64,000 nt of DNA, from NCBI GenBank assembly GCA_964019425.1, contig OZ025780.1, positions 1 through 64,000 on the forward strand, in the 5' to 3' direction. This DNA comes from Flectonema sp. DT1601 (lineage: Eukaryota). Each line of letters starts with the position of its first letter. Positions within the stretch are counted from its first letter, which is position 1. The position numbers were made by a program, and so were the translations under genes. This document shows positions 57,939 to 64,000 of the stretch, one piece after another. A model generated the notes under the pieces. It saw only the letters and a list, made by a program, of their open reading frames with translations. It was not told where the DNA came from and searched no databases.

Positions 57939-60409
57939 TTTTTTGTGCTTTGTTTTGTCTTAAGCCTGATAGAAGGAAAGGAAGTAACATCATGCCAATC
58001 CAGCAATAAAATATCAAGAGATCTGAACTTTGCTTTTACCACCAAAAGAGAGTACATTTCCAACTGAGAATCCTGAGGAATAATGAGGGCCCATTTGGGG
58101 ATCATGGAGAAGGCACACCGCGGTATATTATAAGAAGCTCACAAAAGAAGGCAACCTATCAGAATTGGTAGCCACAAATCAATAAGAACCATAAAACATA
58201 TCAAATAAATCATTCCATTCCCACGTCACTTATCGACTTGTGCGCGGCTGAAGGCGGGAAATATTGATATAACAAAACACACCACATAAAGCATTCCACT
58301 CCCACGTCACTTATCGAACTTCACCACAAATCACAACACGAAGCAAGTTCAGTTCAATCAAGGAAAGGTGTAAAATCTTAAAAAGCAGATTTATGGTTAA
58401 CAATCAATAAGAAATAGTTCCACACACACATCAAACATCCCCACCCCCCGGGACACGCGACACACACAAACCAATGGGCACTCAAAAACGAAACACGTGC
58501 AAAAATCACGAGCACTCAAACCACAATAAGAACTCATCAGAGTTAAACAACACGACACTTAATTCCAACACAAACACAACACAACTTCACCACAAATCAC
58601 AACACGAAGAACAAGTACAGTAAAATCAAGGAAGGCAAAAGAAATAGTTTCACAGAAACATCTGACACAGACACACGAGCACTCAAACTACACATATGAA
58701 CACACAACACACACACAAAGGGTAATGAGAACTCGTCAGAGTTTCAACAAACAATACACAACACACAACACATACATGCATACACACACACACCGAGAGG
58801 AGGTTCAGTGAAGCTTCTGCTCACCTCATCATAAGTTCAGCTCCTGTTTAAAAAAAAATGAAAATATATACAAAAGTTACAAAATTGCAAACACCCTCTC
58901 ATGCCACCATCACCGCAAAGCCCTCTCAACGATCCCTCCTTCCATCACACGGCAAGTGGTACCATTTTCCACTTAACTTACTCTCCCCCCCCCACTTCCT
59001 CTCCACCACATCACTTGTGACATGTCCTTCCTGATAACAAAAAGAAGAAAGAATGATTGCAAACAAACGAACAGAACAAACAACAAATTAATAACCTAAA
59101 GTCAGCGGCAAAACCTTTCCCCCCCCCCCCCCCGACCCCGACACGCAAGGCGTATTTGTTTGTGCGTTCAGGGGAATCACCACACGGAAGGAATGCCATT
59201 CGCTAGACTTTAAAAGAAAGGTACGAAATCAACGAAAAGAAAGTGTTTATAAAAATTATTTAAAAAAAAGAAAATAAAGAAACGTTGCGCCGGGAAGGTC
59301 ATTTGGGGAATTCAATTGAAATGTGAAAGTGAACTGATTACATTGCAAAACAATCGCGTTATTACAATACAGTACCTATACAAAAGTACAATATTATCAT
59401 TATCATTGTTAGTTTTATTATTATTATTTCTCACCAGGGGGGCGTGACTCCTGCGTGAAGAAGGAATCACACAACCCCCCACTCCTGAAGACTTGTAACT
59501 GCCGTGAGGCCGTCATCACAACGACAACCACAACGACAACGACAACGACGGCAGGCACGAAAAAAAAGAAGAAAAATGACAAGACAACAACAACAACCCA
59601 CATGGGTGACGAATGAAAGCAGTACTGATCACAGGATTTTACTTTTTCTAAATCGAAAATGTCAGAGAGAGAGAGACGATAAGTATATTGCTGCAAAAGA
59701 TTGAATTTCATTTACCAAAATTAGAGATTTAACCGCACACCACCACCACTACTATCATCATCATCATGATCATGATCTCAGATGGTGGCTCCTTCCTCAG
59801 TAATATGAACACGTCCTGAACATCAAAAACAGTTCACAGAGCAAGAAAACACTGCTTAGCAAAAATACCAATCAAATCACAGCAGCAGCAGCTGGCTCAC
59901 TCGCATACATATTGCCATTCTCTCTCGTGCGTCTCCTCCTCTCTTCATTCACTTCCCCCATTTACCTGCCAACCTCCAATCCCGAGTAGCCTCCCACGAC
60001 AAGTTTTGCCACAAGCGTTGCTATGTTGGGAAACCTAGCTCTCTGTGCGAGAAACCAGGAAATCCGCTGATAACTACACTCCGATGACCAACTGAGTGGG
60101 CGCTCAACTCGGATCATTGAGGCTGGTTCCGTCTCGGCGAAGAACTGCAGCTGCTGCGTGAGTCGAGTTGGTCAGCTTTTGCTAAAACTCACCAAGGAAC
60201 AGGAAGTGAGAATCGAGTTGGTAAATGTTGTTGTTGTTTTTGTTGTGGTAGTTTTTGTTGTGGTAGTTTTTACGGGATACTCGGCAACTGCCGCAAGAGT
60301 ATCCCTATGATCGAGGAGCAGCACAAACAAAACCAGGGTGAAATTGTTTTTCTTTTTTTCCTCTCTCTCTCTCTCAATACGTAAAAGGTCAGTTTTGTTT
60401 TCTTTGCAT

Positions 60410-60450
<41 letters not shown>

Positions 60451-60694
60451 CTCTCGTTCCGTCACTCTCGCAGTAAAAACAAAAAAAAGGGTGAAAATCA
60501 GCAAAACTGGTTTTCCTTTTTCCCAGCCTCTCAAAAGACCAGAGCACTTGCCACCGCGAGAGAGTGAGAGAAAAGAGAAGGGGGAAAAAAAAAAAAAAGG
60601 AAGACAGCAGACTGGACCATCACATCCACAACATCAACGAGAACAACATTGGAGCGGGGGGATCGGCAGCGTGTGCCTTCCCTCCCGCGGAAAC

Positions 60695-61210
60695 AAATAA
60701 AGAAAGGTATCCAAAACAAAGTTAAGAAAGGTATACAAAACAAAGTAAAGAATGGTACACAAAACAAAGTTAAGAAAGGTATAAAAAACAAAGTAAAGAA
60801 TGGTACACAAAACAAAGTTTGGTACACAAAACAAATAAAGAAAGGTATCCAAAACAAAGTTAAGAAAGGTATACAAAACAAAGTAAAGAATGGTACACAA
60901 AACAAAGTTAAGAAAGGTATAAAAAACAAAGTAAAGAATGGTACACAAAACAAAGTTAAGAAAGGTATAAAAAACAAAGTAAAGAATGGTACACAAAACA
61001 AAGTTAAGAAAGGTATAAAAAACAAAGTAAAGAATGGTACACAAAACAAAGTTAAGAAAGGTATAAAAAACAAAGTAAAGAATGGTACACAAAACAAAGT
61101 TAAGAAAGGTATAAAAAACAAAGTAAAGAATGGTACACAAAACAAATAAAGAAAGGTATATAAAATAAAGTTAAGAAAGGTATACAAAACAAAGTTAAGA
61201 AAAGTATACA
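60695..61210 (+). repeat. 48-bp (2x24) A-rich minisatellite; shorter copies at 49615-49825 and 55355-55520
   Basis: aaaggtataaaaaacaaagtaaagaatggtacacaaaacaaagttaag repeated, with copy number varying between units. Confidence 0.93.
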
Positions 61211-62411
61211 ATCTCCTCATGGGTGAATGCCAGAGAGAGAGAGAGCCTTTGCAGGTCGTCTCTCCAGACTTGCACTGCCAAGAGAAAATAAACGTTTTTT
61301 CCGCGACTGGTACCGAGGGATGGGATCTTTTTTGTTTTTTAAATTTTTTAAGGTTTTTAAGGTTTTTTTATTTTTATTTTTTGTTAAATTGAAAAGAAGA
61401 AATGAAAAATTGGACACAAAAACTCCACAATCTCAAAGCAAATCAAGAAAATAATAATATTCTCTCTTTTCAGCCTTTTGTTGTTCGTCGAAGTGAAGAG
61501 CCAGAGCATCGGAGTTGCAACTTCCGGGTTCCGGTTTTCCTTCTTTCAGTGCGTTTATTAGTTTTCGTGTGCCAGCAAGAAAAAAAAAAAATAAAATAAA
61601 ATAAAATCCGACACAATTCTCCAAAAGACCATTCACATCTCGTCCCCGTGTTGTTAAAGAAAATTTCTTGTTGTTGGTTATGAGAAAAATGAAAATGAAA
61701 ATGAAAATGTCTATCGGCCGAGAGAGTAGTTGTACTCTCTCGCTCGACGACAAGACAACAACAACGACAACGACAACAGCTTACTAACCCAGATGTGAAT
61801 GGCCCGTACTTTCTACTACTACTTGTCGGGGGAAAAAAAAAAAAGAAAAGAGAAGTTCGTGTAAAGGAAATCCATCTCACCTACCTTAATTCACAAAAGC
61901 AGCAATGCAATTGCAGCTGTCAGAAATGAAGAAGCGGCATCTAAAAACTAGAAAACAACTAAAAAAAAAAAAAGACAGAACCATTTTTCTTTGAACTTCA
62001 AACGAAAAAAAAACATGGCTCTCTCTCTCTCTCTCTTTCCCTCTCATGGCAGAGTTAGTTAATTTTCTTCAAAGTTTAATACGGTATTTTTCTTCATAAC
62101 AGGAAGGAAAACAAGGAGGAGGATGGATGAAAAAAATGAAAGGAGGAAGAAAAAAAAAAAAATGAAAAGTGTGCGGTACATTCTTTTTGTTTTGAATTTT
62201 TTTTTTTTTTTTTTTTTGTTGGAGTCGATCGTTTTTGTTTCTTTTATTTTTTTTTGAATAATTATACGCACATATTAATTGGGTTAAAGGGAAGTTGGTA
62301 CAAAGGTCGCTTATTATTATTATTTTTTTTTTTTTTTGGTTTTGGTTTTGGTTTTGCTTTTGCTTTTTTTTTTGTTGGGCTGCTGTTTTTTCAAACAACA
62401 ACAGAATTTAT

Positions 62412-63590
62412 TTAACGACAACAAACATGAAAAACACAAGCAGCAAACAGCTGTTGCGCAAGCTGAAACTTCCTTTTTCCTCCGCTACTCATGCCGGCAA
62501 ACAAACCCAAGAAATTGACAATTTCAAAGGAGAGCAATACCAACAACAAAACAATCCAAAGAAGAAAAGAACAGGCATCGGAAAGCGCGGCGACAGCTTC
62601 AAACAAATACTTAATGTCAACTTTATTGACTACGGCTGCCGCCTCGACTTTCCATCCCCTGAAGATGCGTTCCAAGTGTTTCTTGCTTTGATCAATCCGG
62701 TGATTGATGCAAAACAGCTTAACACTCTGGTCAGCAATCTCCGTACATGCAACCACTTTCCCGAACCCCCCGCGAATCACCTCGGACGCAGACTTCAGAT
62801 CTGCCTCGACCGTGCGATAAGCACCAATGGGTCCAGCAAAAAAAGAAAGGAAACATGCCTCCAGTTCGGAGCGAACGCTTCTCGAAAACAAGAGAAACCG
62901 ATCAAACAGAGAAAGTACAGAGAACATGAAGTCAGCCGCTGAACTGGCTGCTTCATTCACCCAAGCCATTACGAGGTCAGCAAACCTGACACACTCGAGC
63001 TCAAGCGCACCCCAGACACCGTGCGTGATGTCGGAGAGTTCCGCTTCACAAGTGCGCACCACATCGAGAAGCTTCACCCGGGTTATTGCGAACCGGATCC
63101 CGAAGCACTTCACGAGTCTATCGGTGGCACCGTGATCGGAGCATTGGCTGCTCCTCATCAGCTCTTCGACGGCCACTCTGCTCGCGGAACCAAACGCCCT
63201 CCTCATCGTGTCACCCACACGGTGCGGAATACTTTTACCAACAGAGTGCGGCACGTCAGCATGACACGCAGACTCGTTGACGTTGGTGTTGCCGTTGGCG
63301 TTGGCGTTGGCGTTGGCTTTGGCGTTGGCGTTGGCTTTGGCGTTGTCGCTGGAGCTGGAGTTGGCGTCAGTGGCGGTGTTGTTGTCGATAATAGTGGTGT
63401 TGTAGTCGATAATAGTGGTGGTGGTGGTGGTGGTGGTGGTGTTCGTCGTCGTCGTCGTTGTCGCAACAACTTCGGCGGGCTCTTCGAACATTCCCAGCAT
63501 CAATCCAACTGGAGGCAAGTCAGGCAGACCGCATCCAAAGCAGAACACCGTCCACCAGAATACTCCCACAAATCCGATGATGGCAAACAT
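62412..63590 (-). CDS. Hypothetical membrane protein, copy 2 (392 aa)
   Basis: Same as 56766-57938 plus two residues in the NA repeat. Confidence 0.6.
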   Translation of the reverse strand: MFAIIGFVGVFWWTVFCFGCGLPDLPPVGLMLGMFEEPAEVVATTTTTTNTTTTTTTTTIIDYNTTIIDNNTATDANSSSSDNAKANANAKANANANANGNTNVNESACHADVPHSVGKSIPHRVGDTMRRAFGSASRVAVEELMRSSQCSDHGATDRLVKCFGIRFAITRVKLLDVVRTCEAELSDITHGVWGALELECVRFADLVMAWVNEAASSAADFMFSVLSLFDRFLLFSRSVRSELEACFLSFFAGPIGAYRTVEADLKSASEVIRGGFGKVVACTEIADQSVKLFCINHRIDQSKKHLERIFRGWKVEAAAVVNKVDIKYLFEAVAALSDACSFLLWIVLLLVLLSFEIVNFLGLFAGMSSGGKRKFQLAQQLFAACVFHVCCR

Positions 63591-64000
63591 TTTTTTGTGC
63601 TTTGTTTTGTCTTAAGCCTGATAGAAGGAAAGGAAGTAACATCATGCCAATCCAGCAATAAAATATCAAGAGATCTGAACTTTGCTTTTACCACCAAAAG
63701 AGAGTACATTTCCAACTGAGAATCCTGAGGAATAATGAGGGCCCATTTGGGGATCATGGAGAAGGCACACCGCGGTATATTATAAGAAGCTCACAAAAGA
63801 AGGCAACCTATCAGAATTGGTAGCCACAAATCAATAAGAACCATAAAACATATCAAATAAATCATTCCATTCCCACGTCACTTATCGACTTGTGCGCGGC
63901 TGAAGGCGGGAAATATTGATATAACAAAACACACCACATAAAGCATTCCACTCCCACGTCACTTATCGAACTTCACCACAAATCACAACACGAAGCAAGT

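Larger units (their letters stand above)
47499..64000. repeat. Tandem segmental units of 5.3-5.8 kb (about 47500-53200, 53200-58570, 58570 to beyond 64000) sharing a roughly 3.4 kb non-coding block
   Basis: Near-identical blocks at 48334, 54091 and 59424. Units 2 and 3 are nearly identical throughout. Confidence 0.93.

Noticed and set aside
60531..61220. Repetitive ORFs on both strands (FFTLFFIP / KNKVKNGTQ)
   Set aside because: Translations of the 48-bp minisatellite.

Overview
Eukaryotic repeat-rich region, possibly from a euglenozoan (inferred from the gag-YR-RT/RNaseH element order and an EGF-like gene; not proven). It starts inside a near-perfect array of an 8-bp telomere-like repeat, (GGGTTTGC)n, at least 6.6 kb long, and remnants of this repeat persist, increasingly degenerate, to about 41 kb. 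Two divergent VIPER/TATE-type tyrosine-recombinase (YR) retrotransposons are inserted at the GGG of this repeat, and element 1 has a complete split-direct-repeat structure (A1-ORFs-B1-A2-B2). Three non-autonomous Helitron-like units (5' TC ... CTAG 3') sit at the GGGTT^TGC position. These units carry minisatellites, tRNA-like segments, a hAT-like TIR element, a short YR-derived element and a third, truncated YR retrotransposon. Main finding: all three divergent YR elements share one apparent recoding layout. A canonical -1 slippery heptamer (T_TTT_TTA, A_AAA_AAC, G_GGA_AAC) lies just before the gag stop and leads into a -1 frame that stays open across the whole YR gene into RT, while YR is in frame with gag behind a UGA. 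Further in are a decayed piggyBac, Polinton/adintovirus-like capsid gene remnants and tandem 5.3-5.8 kb units carrying predicted membrane or surface protein genes. No database searches were run; family calls rest on motifs read by eye.
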